From: an uncultured Bacteroidota bacterium
GTDB lineage: Bacteria; Bacteroidota; Ignavibacteria; UBA10030; UBA6906
Assembly (NCBI GenBank): GCA_963714855.1
Contig: CAVQPT010000006.1
Location: 188,734-252,733, forward strand
Length of the DNA stretch: 64,000 nucleotides
Direction of reading: 5' to 3'
How positions within the stretch are numbered: position 1 is the first letter of the stretch; each line of letters opens with the position of its first letter. Below, piece after piece: positions 1 through 9,728 of this stretch. Below the pieces are notes generated by a model. The model did no database searches. It worked only from the letters and a program-made list of their open reading frames with translations, and was not told where the DNA came from. The position numbers and the translations under genes are program-made.

Positions 1-1
1 T

Positions 2-202
2 GCATCAGGTTCGGATGAGGCCGTGCGCCTCGAACCCCCCCGGCTTCTCACCCTCGAACAAGCCATCGAATGGATCGGTGATGACGAGCTGGTGGAAGTA
101 ACGCCGAAGAGTATTCGCCTGAGAAAACGGCATCTTGATGCAGATACCCGCAAGAGGATGTCCAAAAAGCCTGTCGTTGCCTCGGCTGAAGCAGTATCCT
201 GA
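2..202 (+). CDS. typA: GTP-binding protein TypA/BipA, C-terminal fragment (5'-truncated by the window edge)
   Basis: Frame 2 is open from the window start to TGA at 200-202. It translates to ...[62 protein letters not shown], which matches the conserved extreme C-terminus of BipA/TypA. It is absent from the ORF track only because it has no start codon. Confidence 0.75.
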   Translation, partial: ASGSDEAVRLEPPRLLTLEQAIEWIGDDELVEVTPKSIRLRKRHLDADTRKRMSKKPVVASAEAVS

Positions 203-248
203 CTGAGGCAGTACCCCGCGTTCTCTCCGCCGGAAAGGAGCCCAGGGA

Positions 249-1496
249 ATGGAGACTGGTCTCATTATTGCGTTTGTAGGCCTGCTCGTTTTTCTTGCAC
301 ACGTTTTTTTCGCTCTTTTTGAGCGAACTCGTGTCCCGGACGTTCTCTATCTCATCATCATCGGGGTCCTGGTTGGGCCGGTGCTTGAGCTGGTTCACCC
401 CGACGACTTCGGCAAGATCGGTCCTGTCTTTACCACCATCGCGCTTGTGCTTATCCTCTTTGAGGGCGGGATGGAGCTCGGTTTCGAAACATTGCGCCGG
501 TCGTTGCGGGGAACGCTTGCGATCACCGGCCTCAGCTACGTTCTAGCCCTAGGGTTGCTGCTGGCGGCGCTGATGACGCTTACGAATCTGTCGCTGGGCA
601 ATGCCGCGTTTGTTGCGGCTGTGCTTGCCGGTCCCGCACCCGCGCTCGTCATTCCCCTGGCACGCTCGCTGGGGATGCGTGAACATTCGCGTACCACCCT
701 GACACTCGAATCGGCCCTGGGGGAGGCGCTGTGCATCTTGACTGCACTTGCGATACTTGAATCGCAGCGGGTTCAGGAAGTCCAGGTCGGGAAAGTCCTC
801 GGTTCACTCCTTGCGTCGTTTCTGTTTGCCCTCATCTTCGGTGTGAGCGGCGGGTTCTTCTGGTCGCTTCTGCTGAACCGGATCAGGGAGCTGCAACACG
901 CGATGTTCACGACGCCCGCATTCGTGTTCGTGGTATACGGCATCACTGAGTTTCTGGGTTTCAGCGGTCCGGTGGCCGCGCTCGCGTTCGGCATTACGAT
1001 GGGGAACGCGGGACTGTTGAGCTTCAATCTGCTGACGCGGATCACATCGCTTTCGCCGATCCATCATAACGAAGTGGAGAAAGGGTTCTTCGGTGAGATT
1101 GTCTTTCTCCTGAAGACCTTCTTCTTCGTGTACCTTGGCCTGTCGTTGCGGTTGACCGATGTCATAACTGCCTCTGTGGCTGCCGCTCTTATCCTGGCTC
1201 TTCTGCTGTCCCGTCTGGTGTCAGTACGTCTCTCAACAACCCGAACGGACACGTCTTTGGCCGATGCCCGTCTTATGTCCCTGCTGATCCCCAAAGGAAC
1301 TGCCGCGGTGGTTCTCGGCTCGCTCCTTGTGCAGGAGGGCATGGAGGGTGCGCTGGCGGTGCAGGAAGTAATCTATGCGGTCGTTGCAGCCAGCATTATA
1401 GCGACGTCTGCAGGAATTTTCCTGGCAGCGAAAACCCGGGTGATGAATGTTCTGAATGTGTTCTTTCCCGGGTACGGAGCCGATCCCACGTCCTGA
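249..1496 (+). CDS. Cation:proton antiporter (Na+/H+ exchanger, CPA1/NhaP-like), 415 aa polytopic membrane protein
   Basis: Long intact ORF with about 11-12 hydrophobic segments and the overall look of a Na+/H+ exchanger family protein. Good GC3 bias. Confidence 0.7.
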   Translation: METGLIIAFVGLLVFLAHVFFALFERTRVPDVLYLIIIGVLVGPVLELVHPDDFGKIGPVFTTIALVLILFEGGMELGFETLRRSLRGTLAITGLSYVLALGLLLAALMTLTNLSLGNAAFVAAVLAGPAPALVIPLARSLGMREHSRTTLTLESALGEALCILTALAILESQRVQEVQVGKVLGSLLASFLFALIFGVSGGFFWSLLLNRIRELQHAMFTTPAFVFVVYGITEFLGFSGPVAALAFGITMGNAGLLSFNLLTRITSLSPIHHNEVEKGFFGEIVFLLKTFFFVYLGLSLRLTDVITASVAAALILALLLSRLVSVRLSTTRTDTSLADARLMSLLIPKGTAAVVLGSLLVQEGMEGALAVQEVIYAVVAASIIATSAGIFLAAKTRVMNVLNVFFPGYGADPTS

Positions 1497-1543
1497 TCGT
1501 ATCGGTCGTTCGCCCTAGTGGCTTCTCCAGACGGTGACGCCAC

Positions 1544-1571
1544 AAAAAAAAGGGCTCCCCGCGGGGAGCCC
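1544..1571 (-). terminator. Rho-independent terminator for the minus-strand OMP gene (hairpin GGGCTCCCC-gc-GGGGAGCCC with an A8 tract on the plus strand, i.e. U8 after the hairpin on the minus strand); possibly bidirectional
   Basis: Perfect 9-bp GC-rich inverted repeat at 1552-1571, immediately preceded by aaaaaaaa at 1544-1551. It lies in the gap between convergent genes ending at 1496 (+) and 1630 (-). Confidence 0.6.
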
Positions 1572-1629
1572 TTCGTGCATGTGGTGAATCCAGGAATGTT
1601 GAACGAACGCTACGGTGCGCAGGCACCTC

Positions 1630-2286
1630 TCAGAAGGTAATGCCGGCTGTCACGATCGGGACGTAGGTACTCGTGCCTTCCTCCAGCATCAGCCAGTTGA
1701 TTTTCAATTCCGCGAACACCGTCAGACTCTTGAAATCCAGGTCGAGACCCGCACCGGCATTGAAGGATCCGACCGTCTGTTTCTTCAGGATCTGGACGGG
1801 GCTGAGCTTCACGCCGCCCAATGAGAGCGATACATCGGTGGCGCTGACGTTGGTGAACCCCCCACCGCCGGTAATATACGGCTTGAAGACCGGCAGCGGC
1901 AGGACGACGAGTTTGAGATTCGCGCTGCCACTGATCATGTCCACTTTTCCGCCGTCGACAAACTGGACCGGCAATCCGGGAGTGACCTGCTGGACGTATG
2001 CTGCGAACTTGTCTTTATCCGGGGAGAGGGTAAGATAGTCTCCGGAGATGCGAATGCTCAATGCAGCAAACTGGATGTCAAGATGGACGCCGCCACCGAG
2101 CCCCAGGCCATAGACTTCATCGAGTGCGACCTGCAGGGTGCCTGTGGATGGAGTGATCCCTGCGATCTGTTTGATCTTGGCATTGATATTGGAATTAATC
2201 ATATTACCGTGGACACCGAACCCCACAGTTTGTGACAGTGCCGTTGATGCTGCAAACAGGGCACACGCCAGTAGAACTCGTTTCAT
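1630..2286 (-). CDS. Outer-membrane beta-barrel protein (OmpA-like/porin-family beta-barrel), 218 aa
   Basis: The track ORF 1630-2601 most likely starts at the internal ATG at 2286 (MKRVLLACALFAASTALSQ signal peptide), which is preceded by a ggagg RBS. The body has alternating amphipathic beta-strands, Gly-rich turns and a C-terminal aromatic residue (…AGITF). Confidence 0.65.
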   Translation of the reverse strand: MKRVLLACALFAASTALSQTVGFGVHGNMINSNINAKIKQIAGITPSTGTLQVALDEVYGLGLGGGVHLDIQFAALSIRISGDYLTLSPDKDKFAAYVQQVTPGLPVQFVDGGKVDMISGSANLKLVVLPLPVFKPYITGGGGFTNVSATDVSLSLGGVKLSPVQILKKQTVGSFNAGAGLDLDFKSLTVFAELKINWLMLEEGTSTYVPIVTAGITF

Positions 2287-2485
2287 AAGACCTCCGGAAA
2301 AGTATGAGAGACGCCGTTGTAGTGGAAGCGAGAATGTGATGACTTCACATGAGTGATTTGTGTACAACGAATCTATGGTGTTAGGGGCATTTTTGCAAGG
2401 TCTGTTTTTTTTCGCGCGCACCTCCGCAAGAAATAACGAAGTGAACCATTCCCGGCGTTCCTGTGTTAGTGTTTTAGAGGAAAGT

Positions 2486-3022
2486 ATGGCCAAACACGCA
2501 TATGTGCTTCTTGCCCTTGTGGGCTCGTTTCTGGTGATCTCCGGATGCGACCGTGGACTCGGTCCGATCCTGGAGGATACGGGATTCACCGGCGTGATCA
2601 CCTACAGGAACTGGCCCCCCCCGGCTGACATTCAGGAGCTCCGGATTGTTGCCTTCACGGAGTACCCTGCCGACAGCAGTGGCATCCTGGCTGCCCTCCT
2701 TCAGGGGCGCGCGGTCATCTACCCGCCCGTGACCGTCGGCGTGGCCGCATCAATCCAGATCCTGGGAAACAAAACCGCCGATACCGTGAACTACACCTTC
2801 ACAAAAGAAGGGACGACGCTCCAGGAAGGAACGTATAATTATGTCGTTCTGGCATGGCGGTACGGCCCGAATTACTTTGCCGATTGGCGTCCGGCCGGCG
2901 TGTACACGGAAAAACCCGGCAGCTTCGAACCCGCATCCGTGATTGTACGGGACCGGCGGATGAGAAAAGATGTGAACATTATCGTGGATTTCAATAACCT
3001 TCCTCCCAAGCCATGGAAATGA
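2486..3022 (+). CDS. Hypothetical lipoprotein (178 aa) encoded immediately upstream of, and overlapping, a TonB-dependent receptor gene
   Basis: Internal ATG at 2486 preceded by gagga. The N-terminus MAKHAYVLLALVGSFLVISGC is a lipoprotein signal with a lipobox Cys. The stop overlaps the start of the 3013 TonB receptor. Confidence 0.5.
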   Translation: MAKHAYVLLALVGSFLVISGCDRGLGPILEDTGFTGVITYRNWPPPADIQELRIVAFTEYPADSSGILAALLQGRAVIYPPVTVGVAASIQILGNKTADTVNYTFTKEGTTLQEGTYNYVVLAWRYGPNYFADWRPAGVYTEKPGSFEPASVIVRDRRMRKDVNIIVDFNNLPPKPWK

Positions 3023-5220
3023 CGCGCTCGTTCTTCTTCGCCCTTCTGGTGATTGCGGTGACCGGTCAGGCGTTCGCAGCCGGTGGTACCATCGTGGGGA
3101 GGGTGATATCGCAAAGTGACGGCCAGACTGAACCACTCGTCGGCGCCGTTGTCCTCGTCCAGGGTTCCGTCCGCGGAACAACCACGAACCTCAACGGGGA
3201 ATACCGGATCTCCGGTCTCTCCCCCGGACCCACCACCCTTGTGGTCTCGCTCGTGGGCTACCAGAGGAAAACAGTCGCAGGCATTGTGGTGGAGGAGGGA
3301 CAGGAGACGGTGGCCAACGTCTCTCTCGTCTCTTCGCCCGTGCAGCTCGACCAGATGGTTGTAACCGCGAGCAAGAGGCCGCAATCGCTCGAAGAGGTCC
3401 CAGTCAGCATATCAGTGCTCGACGCGGCGGAGATCCGTGAGCGGAACGCCCTGGTTCTTGACGATGCCCTGCGTTACATTCCCGGTGTGAACATGACCGG
3501 ATTCCAGGTGAACATCCGTGGGTCCAGCGGCTACAGCCGCGGCGCGGGAAGCCGGGTGCTCATGCTTCTCGACGGTATCCCGTTCATTACCGGGGATACC
3601 GGAGAGCTGAACTTCGAAACGATTCCCATCGGACAGGTGGACCGGATTGAAGTGGTGAAGGGCGCCAGCTCCGCCCTTTACGGATCGAACGCGCTTGGGG
3701 GAGTGATCAACATCATTACCAAAGACATTCCGGAACGCCCCAGCACACAGGTGCGCATGTTCGCGGGACTCTACAATCCGCCCTCGTACGAGCAGTGGAG
3801 GTGGAGCCCGAAGTGGCGGTTCTTCAACGGCCAGTCCGTAAGCCACGCCTATCGGGTCGGCGACCTCGGCGTGGGGCTCTTTGTGTCGCGTCAGATCGAC
3901 GACGGGTACCGTCAGAACGACTACCGACGGCGGTATAACTTCTACATAAAAGTCCGCGAGGACTACGAACAGCAGCGCTCGCTCACGATGACGTTCGGAC
4001 TGCTGTATCAGTACGGGGGGCAATATCTCTACTGGCGTAGTCTGGACTCTGCTCTCGTTCCGCCGATCACGCAACCGGACGATAACATCAAATCGATCCG
4101 CTTCTTCACGACCGGGCAGTATACGACGGTGATGAGCGAGAACGTCCAGGTTACCACGCGCGCGATGTGGTTCCACAACGACTGGGGATTCGAGACGCGG
4201 AGCGGCATCGGTCGTGCGGAGTCGATTGCAGATGATTTCCGGTTTGAATCCGCAGCGACCATTCTCCCGAACACCACCCACACATTGACGGTCGGTGTCG
4301 ATGCAAACCTCGATCTCATCGGCGGCGACGTGATCACCCAGCGGTTGATCGGGGGGTTTGCCGTGTTCGGGCAGGACGAAATCCGCCTTGCAGAGAAGCT
4401 GTCACTGACGATCGGGGCGCGATACGATTTTTCGTCGGTCGGTGTCACAACGCCCGGCGGACAGGTCAATCCGAAGGTAGCTCTTGCCTACACGCCGTTC
4501 GCTGGAACGGCGGTGCGAGCCTCGTTCGCCCGCGGATTCCGGGTGCCTGCGGTCGCAGAAGCCTTCCTGATGGCCGGCTTCAGCAATATTGTCGCACGCC
4601 CGAATGAAGATCTGAAACCGGAGCGGAGCTGGTCGTACGAAGTCGGGTTCTCGCAACGGCTGGGGAATATCGGGACATTTGACATCGCCGCATTCCGCTC
4701 TGATTTTGACGACCTTATTGAAGTGGACGTCGTGGATACGGCGAAAAATTCACTTCTCTTCCAGTGGCGGAACGTCGCGAAAGCCCGGATCCAGGGGGTG
4801 GAAACGTCGCTCAAACTCGGACTGTTTGACGGCGCACTGCAGTACACCTTCGGGTATACGTATGTCTATCCGCAGGATCTGACCCGGAACGATCTGCTGA
4901 AGTACCGACCACGCCACCTGTTCTATACGACACTATCCGGCCGGGTGGGTCCGATCATCGCCTCGACCGATTTCCGGTACATCAGCAGGGTCGATCGGGT
5001 CGACGATGTGCTTGGCCGGGCAGGCATTGTGGCTGATGCGGAGGAGCGAACCGAGATTCTTGTTACCGACTTCCGTCTTGGCGTTGACTTCACGCTCGGG
5101 AGTGTCCCCCTCACTGCGACAGCGAGCGTCAACAATGCGTTTCAGTACAACTACGTAGAACTTATCGGCAATCTCAGTCCGCCACGAACGTATGTTCTGG
5201 TTCTGGAGGCCCGGCCGTAA
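3013..5220 (+). CDS. TonB-dependent outer-membrane receptor with N-terminal carboxypeptidase-regulatory-like (CarbD) domain
   Basis: Signal peptide, then CarbD-like GTIVGRV…NGEYRISGLSPGPTTLVVSLVGYQ. Plug region DQMVVTASKR…VPVSISVLDAAEIRERNALVLDDALRYIPGV, and a long beta-barrel with a C-terminal aromatic residue. 735 aa. Confidence 0.9.
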   Translation: MEMTRSFFFALLVIAVTGQAFAAGGTIVGRVISQSDGQTEPLVGAVVLVQGSVRGTTTNLNGEYRISGLSPGPTTLVVSLVGYQRKTVAGIVVEEGQETVANVSLVSSPVQLDQMVVTASKRPQSLEEVPVSISVLDAAEIRERNALVLDDALRYIPGVNMTGFQVNIRGSSGYSRGAGSRVLMLLDGIPFITGDTGELNFETIPIGQVDRIEVVKGASSALYGSNALGGVINIITKDIPERPSTQVRMFAGLYNPPSYEQWRWSPKWRFFNGQSVSHAYRVGDLGVGLFVSRQIDDGYRQNDYRRRYNFYIKVREDYEQQRSLTMTFGLLYQYGGQYLYWRSLDSALVPPITQPDDNIKSIRFFTTGQYTTVMSENVQVTTRAMWFHNDWGFETRSGIGRAESIADDFRFESAATILPNTTHTLTVGVDANLDLIGGDVITQRLIGGFAVFGQDEIRLAEKLSLTIGARYDFSSVGVTTPGGQVNPKVALAYTPFAGTAVRASFARGFRVPAVAEAFLMAGFSNIVARPNEDLKPERSWSYEVGFSQRLGNIGTFDIAAFRSDFDDLIEVDVVDTAKNSLLFQWRNVAKARIQGVETSLKLGLFDGALQYTFGYTYVYPQDLTRNDLLKYRPRHLFYTTLSGRVGPIIASTDFRYISRVDRVDDVLGRAGIVADAEERTEILVTDFRLGVDFTLGSVPLTATASVNNAFQYNYVELIGNLSPPRTYVLVLEARP

Positions 5221-5296
5221 CGGTTTCACCGGTGCCGGCTATCGGCATCGAACGCGGTTTCACGAGTATACATCGAACAATGAATGAGGAGGAGGT

Positions 5297-6439
5297 ATGA
5301 AGCAGCTTGTACGCATAGTTACGGGAGTGGCGATCATGGGAGTGGGTCTCCTGTCCGCTCAGGCGCAGGGGATCAGGATCGACACGACAGACATCAAGGC
5401 CATTTTTGCGGCGGGGAAGACGGTTGCCTACCACATCGATACGTTGACCGGAACGGCGAATATTGGGGCGACCGGCGCATCATCATGGGATTTCAGCGGT
5501 CTCCTGACGCACAGGATGATGAGGTTGGAAAGCGTTCCACCGGCGACCACACCGTATTTTGCCGGGTTCTTTCCGGCGGCGACGCATGCTCTCCGCGATA
5601 CGGGATTCACGTATTCGTTCTATTATGCATCACTGCAAACGATGGTCGACCTCAAGGGAACGGGATATAACTACATGACCCTTGGCGCAGATTTCTTCGA
5701 CTACGGATTCAAGGGCGCGGGGACGGCCTTCATTGGAGGCATCGGAATTCCTGCGGAAGGACAATGGATAAAATCTCCACCCCTTGTCTACTACGACCTT
5801 CCCCTGGAGATGTCCAAGAACTGGATATCCGGATTCAATGAAACACTTTCAGGCACGGCAAACTCTCCGTTCGGACCGCTCGCCATCGGGCCGTCGGTTA
5901 CGGTCCATACGGTAGGGTTCAGTGTTGACGCCTACGGCCTGCTCACGGTTCCGGGTTCGCAGGTTCAGGATGCCCTCCGCATCCGCAAGGTGGACCGCTA
6001 CTCCGAAGGTACCACACAGGGTGTCCGGGTCAGCTACATATTCGTCGCGAAGAACGGGGCTTCGGTCCAGTTCAATACGGTCGACACACTCTCGACCAGC
6101 GGCACCATTTCTGTCAGCGCGGTACAGTGGACGGGGGCGACACCCACGGGCATTCAGGCTGTCAGCACGACTCCCCGCGCGTTCAGCCTGGGGCAGAACT
6201 ACCCGAATCCGTTCAATCCATCCACGAGAATCAGGTTCACGTTGCCGGAGCGGCAGAAGGTAACGCTGAAGATTTACAATCTGCTGGGTGGAGAAGTAGC
6301 TACAGTAGTGGATCAGCTGGTGGAGGCGGGGGAAAGCAGCGTGACCTTCGACGCACGGGGTCTGGCAAGCGGCATCTATTTCTACAAGCTGCAGGCAGGC
6401 AGTGCGACACAAACCAGGCGAATGATGCTTCTGAAGTGA
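5297..6439 (+). CDS. Secreted protein with C-terminal T9SS (Por secretion) sorting domain
   Basis: ggagg RBS and a signal peptide. The C-terminus LGQNYPNPFNPSTRIRFTLPERQKVTLKIYNLLGGEVATVVDQ…GIYFYKLQAGSATQTRRMMLLK is a canonical type-A Por_Secre_tail. Confidence 0.75.
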   Translation: MKQLVRIVTGVAIMGVGLLSAQAQGIRIDTTDIKAIFAAGKTVAYHIDTLTGTANIGATGASSWDFSGLLTHRMMRLESVPPATTPYFAGFFPAATHALRDTGFTYSFYYASLQTMVDLKGTGYNYMTLGADFFDYGFKGAGTAFIGGIGIPAEGQWIKSPPLVYYDLPLEMSKNWISGFNETLSGTANSPFGPLAIGPSVTVHTVGFSVDAYGLLTVPGSQVQDALRIRKVDRYSEGTTQGVRVSYIFVAKNGASVQFNTVDTLSTSGTISVSAVQWTGATPTGIQAVSTTPRAFSLGQNYPNPFNPSTRIRFTLPERQKVTLKIYNLLGGEVATVVDQLVEAGESSVTFDARGLASGIYFYKLQAGSATQTRRMMLLK

Positions 6440-6461
6440 GCGCCAGGTGTGAAGGGGAAAA

Positions 6462-6530
6462 AGCGAAGAGTGAAGAGGTGGACGGTGAAGGTGTGTGCAT
6501 GCTTCACGTTTCACTCTTCACTCTTCGTTG
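6462..6530. terminator. Bidirectional terminator-like two-tier hairpin between convergent genes (CGAAGAGTGAAGAG…CTCTTCACTCTTCG with inner GTGAAG/CTTCAC), followed by a T-rich tract
   Basis: 14-bp outer inverted repeat plus a 6-bp inner inverted repeat centred on GCATGC. It lies between the 3' ends of 5297-6439 (+) and 6539-7231 (-). It shares the GTGAAGAGTGAAGG motif with the hairpin at 23677-23746. Confidence 0.5.
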
Positions 6531-6538
6531 GTATTGTG

Positions 6539-7231
6539 CTATTCTATACCCAGCAGTTCGATTTCGAACACCAGTGTTGCATTCGGGGGAATGACACCGC
6601 CCGCTCCCTGCTCGCCGTAGGCGAGCTCTGAGGGGATGAACAGCTCCCATTTTGATCCCACCTTCATCTTCAGCAAGGCTTCCGTCCATCCCGGAATCAC
6701 GCCGTGGCAGGGGAAGATCGCCGGTTCGTTGCGCTTGTAGGAACTATCGAACTCCGTCCCGTCGAGCAGCGTGCCTTTGTAATGTGTCTTCACAGTAGAG
6801 GCGGCCTGGGGAATTTTCCCGGTGCCCTCGGTTATGACACGGTACTGGAGTCCGCTGGGCAGAGTGACAACGCCCGGTTTCTTGGAATTCTCGGCGAGGA
6901 ATGCTTCACCCTCTGCCTTGTTCTTCTGGGCCAGAGCGCGTGCCCGCTCGCCTGCCTTTGCCTGCATATCTTTTTGAAAAGCCGTCATGGTTTCCTGAAT
7001 CTCGTTGTCCGTCATTAACCGGGCGGCGCTGTCAACGCCCGCATCGAGAACGCCGCGGAGGAACGCCTCCGGAGCGATCGTAATTGAGTCCGTGTGAAGC
7101 TTCTTCCCGACAGTCATGCCGATGCTGTAGCTGATCTTATCCTGCTGTGTTTCCAGCTTCACGTTCTTTTCTCCCATTGATTGGCACCCGGCAAGTCCAA
7201 CGATGAGTACAGCAGCCCACAGGGAATGCAT
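6539..7231 (-). CDS. fkpA: FKBP-type peptidyl-prolyl cis-trans isomerase (FkpA/Mip-like), lipoprotein
   Basis: LAGC lipobox, an N-terminal helical dimerisation region, and a C-terminal FKBP domain: GLQYRVITEGTG…VKTHYKGTLLDGTEFDSSYKRNEPAIFP…VIPGWTEALLKMKVGSKWELFIPSELAYGEQGAGGVIPPNATLVFEIELLGIE. Confidence 0.9.
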   Translation of the reverse strand: MHSLWAAVLIVGLAGCQSMGEKNVKLETQQDKISYSIGMTVGKKLHTDSITIAPEAFLRGVLDAGVDSAARLMTDNEIQETMTAFQKDMQAKAGERARALAQKNKAEGEAFLAENSKKPGVVTLPSGLQYRVITEGTGKIPQAASTVKTHYKGTLLDGTEFDSSYKRNEPAIFPCHGVIPGWTEALLKMKVGSKWELFIPSELAYGEQGAGGVIPPNATLVFEIELLGIE

Positions 7232-7615
7232 AGGATTGAATCTCCTCTCTGAGGATAGGCGTCTGCCGTGGAGCTCTGCTCCGTGGTTGACCGCTGGCGA
7301 CAGACAAGCAATTTCTTAATGTACGGAATTCACGTCTCAGAACCAACTCGCGAAACGCACCTGAGGATCGGCTCACGGCTGATCGTGCGGGCACATCGAC
7401 GCCCGGCCCGCGTCGGGGCTGTTGTAGAAGTGATTTCGTTTGTCTATATTGGCAGCAATCTTGCCAGCCCACTCCCCGGACTTCTGCAGGACCTTGAGGA
7501 AGGGTGGGAGGGTTTCCGTCCCTTCTCTTCGTTCCCTGAACAGTACCACCGTTTCTCGTCTATGGCAGAGAGTAATTACTAACGGTCCCTTGCGAACACC
7601 ATCGAAGGAGCAGGT

Positions 7616-9289
7616 ATGCCATCTATTGGTCTCAGTACGCTCGACTGGCTGATCATCGCCGTCTATTTCGCCTTCGTTCTGGGACTCGGGTTCTACCTGA
7701 AGCGGTTTACCAAGACGCAGGAGGACTTCTTCATGGCCGGGCGCAAGAACAGCTCCTGGGTGGCCGGGATCGCTTTCCTCTCCGCCAACCTCGGCGCCCT
7801 GGAGTTGCTCGGCATGACCGGCAACACGCTACAAGTACGGGATGTACGTCGCCCACTTCTACTGGGTCGGCGCGGTGCCGGCCATGCTGTTCCTCGGCAT
7901 CTACATGATGCCGTTCTACTTACTCCAGCCGCATCAAGTCGGTGCCGGGGTACCTGAAGCTGCGCTTCGACGAGAAGACGCGGGTGCTCAACGGGATCTC
8001 GTTCGCGGTGATGACGTTGCTCGTTTCCGGCATCAACCTGTACGCGATGGCGCTCGTGCTGCACACGTTCCTCGGCTGGCATTGGGACGTCAGCATGTGG
8101 GTGTCGGCCGGCCACCGTGGCCGTCTACGTCTCGCTCTGCGGCCTGACTCTCGGCGATCTTCACCGAGATCGTCCAGTTCTTCCTCATCTGGTTCGGGCT
8201 GTTCCTGGTGTCGGTTCTCGGCATCGTCGAGATCGGCAGCCTGCAGCGAGGTGTTCGCCCGGGTCCCGGACGGGTTCGCGACGCTCTGGTCGACGTCCGC
8301 CGACCCCACCGCAGAACGGCATGATGATCACCTGGGGCGGTATCGTCCTGGGCCTCGGCTTCGTGCTCTCGTTCGGCTACTGGACCACCGACTTCCTCGT
8401 GGTGCAGCGCGCCTTCTCGGCCAAGGACCTGCGCGCCGCGCGCATGACCCCGATCATCGCCTCGTTCTTCAAGATGGCGGTGCCGTTCCTGGTCATCATC
8501 GCGGGACTGATCGCGCTGATGCTCGCGCAGCGACCCGGCAGCGGCTTCGCGCTGCTGTCAGGACGGCGGCCAGATCAACTACGACTCCGCCCTGCCGCTG
8601 CTGATCGCCCGCTACTATCCCGAGCGGGCTGGTCGGCCTCGGGGTCACCGCGCTGCTCGCCGGCTTCATGGCCGGCCAGGCGGGCAACGTCAGCGCCTTC
8701 AACACCGTCTGGACCTACGACATCTATCACGCCGTCATCAACCGGAAGGCGTCGGACGCCCACCTGCTGTGGATGGGGCGGGTCGCCACCATCGTCGGGC
8801 ATCTATCCTCTCCGTGATCACCGCGTACTGGGCGAAGAGCTTCCCGCGATCATGGACTACATGCAGGCCATCTTCTCGTGGGTCAACGCGCCGCTGTTCG
8901 CCACCATGCTGCTCGGCATGTTCGTGCGTCTGGATCACGCCCGCCGGTGCGTTCTGGGGACTTGATTCCTCGGGATGGGTTCGTCGTTCACGATGTTCCT
9001 CGCGGTGAAGTTCGACTGGATGGCCGGCACCGTGTTCACGCTGTCAGTCGTGGCCAGCGACATGGCCGTCAATTTCTGGCGGGCGTGGTGGGCGTGGCTG
9101 ATCTGCTTCGTGGTGACCATCGTGATCAGTCTGTTTACCGAAAAGAGACCCCGTGAAGAACTGGTCGGTCTGGTAAAGGGGCTCACCCCCGAGGCGGACG
9201 AATCCGGCGTGCCGATGCTGAAGCGCCCGGTATTCTACGCGGTTCTATCCCTGATCGTGCTTGTGATCCTGAACGTCATGTACTGGTAG
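7616..9289 (+). pseudogene. Sodium:solute symporter (SSS family) gene disrupted by at least 10 single-base frameshifts
   Basis: Consecutive ORF fragments in all three forward frames (7616-7957, 7842-8147, 7942-8604, 8117-8965, 8769-9008, 8975-9289) together spell one SSS transporter. Recognisable pieces are DWLIIAVYFAFVLGLGFYLKR…EDFFMAGR, YKYGMYVAHFYWVGAVPAMLFLGIYMMPFY, PGYLKLRFDEKTRVLNGISFAVMTLL, FTEIVQFFLIWFGLFLV, EVFARVPDGFATLWSTSADP, NGMMITWGGIVLGLGFVLSFGYWTTDFLVVQRAFSAKDLRAARM, and a C-terminal MGSSFTMFLAVKFDW…. The frame switches at about 7835, 7925, 8110, 8160, 8255, 8310, 8560, 8615, 8800 and 8950. Confidence 0.7.
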
Positions 9290-9295
9290 GAGAAA

Positions 9296-9502
9296 ATGTC
9301 CATGAGACCCATCTGGTTTTTTGTCGGTATCCTTCTTGTCGTCTTTGGCGTGTTGATTCTTGGGGCCGGCCTGCTGGCGGCGGTCAGCGGAGACATGCCC
9401 ACGACGATTCTCGCGAGCACGCATCCCCGGATCTGGTGGGGGGCGATCATGCTGACCGCGGGAATTCTGTTCCTTGTGTTCAACCGGAAATCCGTGGCCT
9501 GA
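9296..9502 (+). CDS. Small two-TM membrane protein (68 aa), hypothetical
   Basis: aggag RBS and two clear hydrophobic helices. It sits directly after the symporter pseudogene. Confidence 0.45.
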   Translation: MSMRPIWFFVGILLVVFGVLILGAGLLAAVSGDMPTTILASTHPRIWWGAIMLTAGILFLVFNRKSVA

Positions 9503-9530
9503 AAACGCCACCCCGGATTCTATCATGACG

Positions 9531-9575
9531 GCGCTCCTGCCCGGTACGGCAGGGGCGCCGTGCGTTTCCAGGGGT
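9531..9575 (+). terminator. Putative intrinsic terminator (GCGCTCCTGCC-cggtac-GGCAGGGGCGC hairpin with a weak T tract)
   Basis: 11-bp stem with one mismatch, lying 30 nt after the stop of the 9296-9502 ORF. It is followed by cgtgcgtttcc. Confidence 0.4.
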
Positions 9576-9728
9576 GCCCTGTCGCAACACCATCTTCTGA
9601 TGATTATGAAGGCGGTTCGGACATGCGGCCTAAATTTCTAAGGCATCTTGACAATTAGACGTTCTTTTGTTAGGTTGTGCCCACATTAATTCTCATAAAC
9701 GGTGATCTGACTTCTGAGGAGAGTGGCC

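Noticed and set aside
9540-9722. Sigma-54 (-24/-12) promoter upstream of amt (GGgtgccctgtcGCaa)
   Set aside because: The spacing fits GG-N10-GC, but the TGGCAC and TTGCA cores are poorly matched. No enhancer-binding-protein gene is nearby. Too weak to call.
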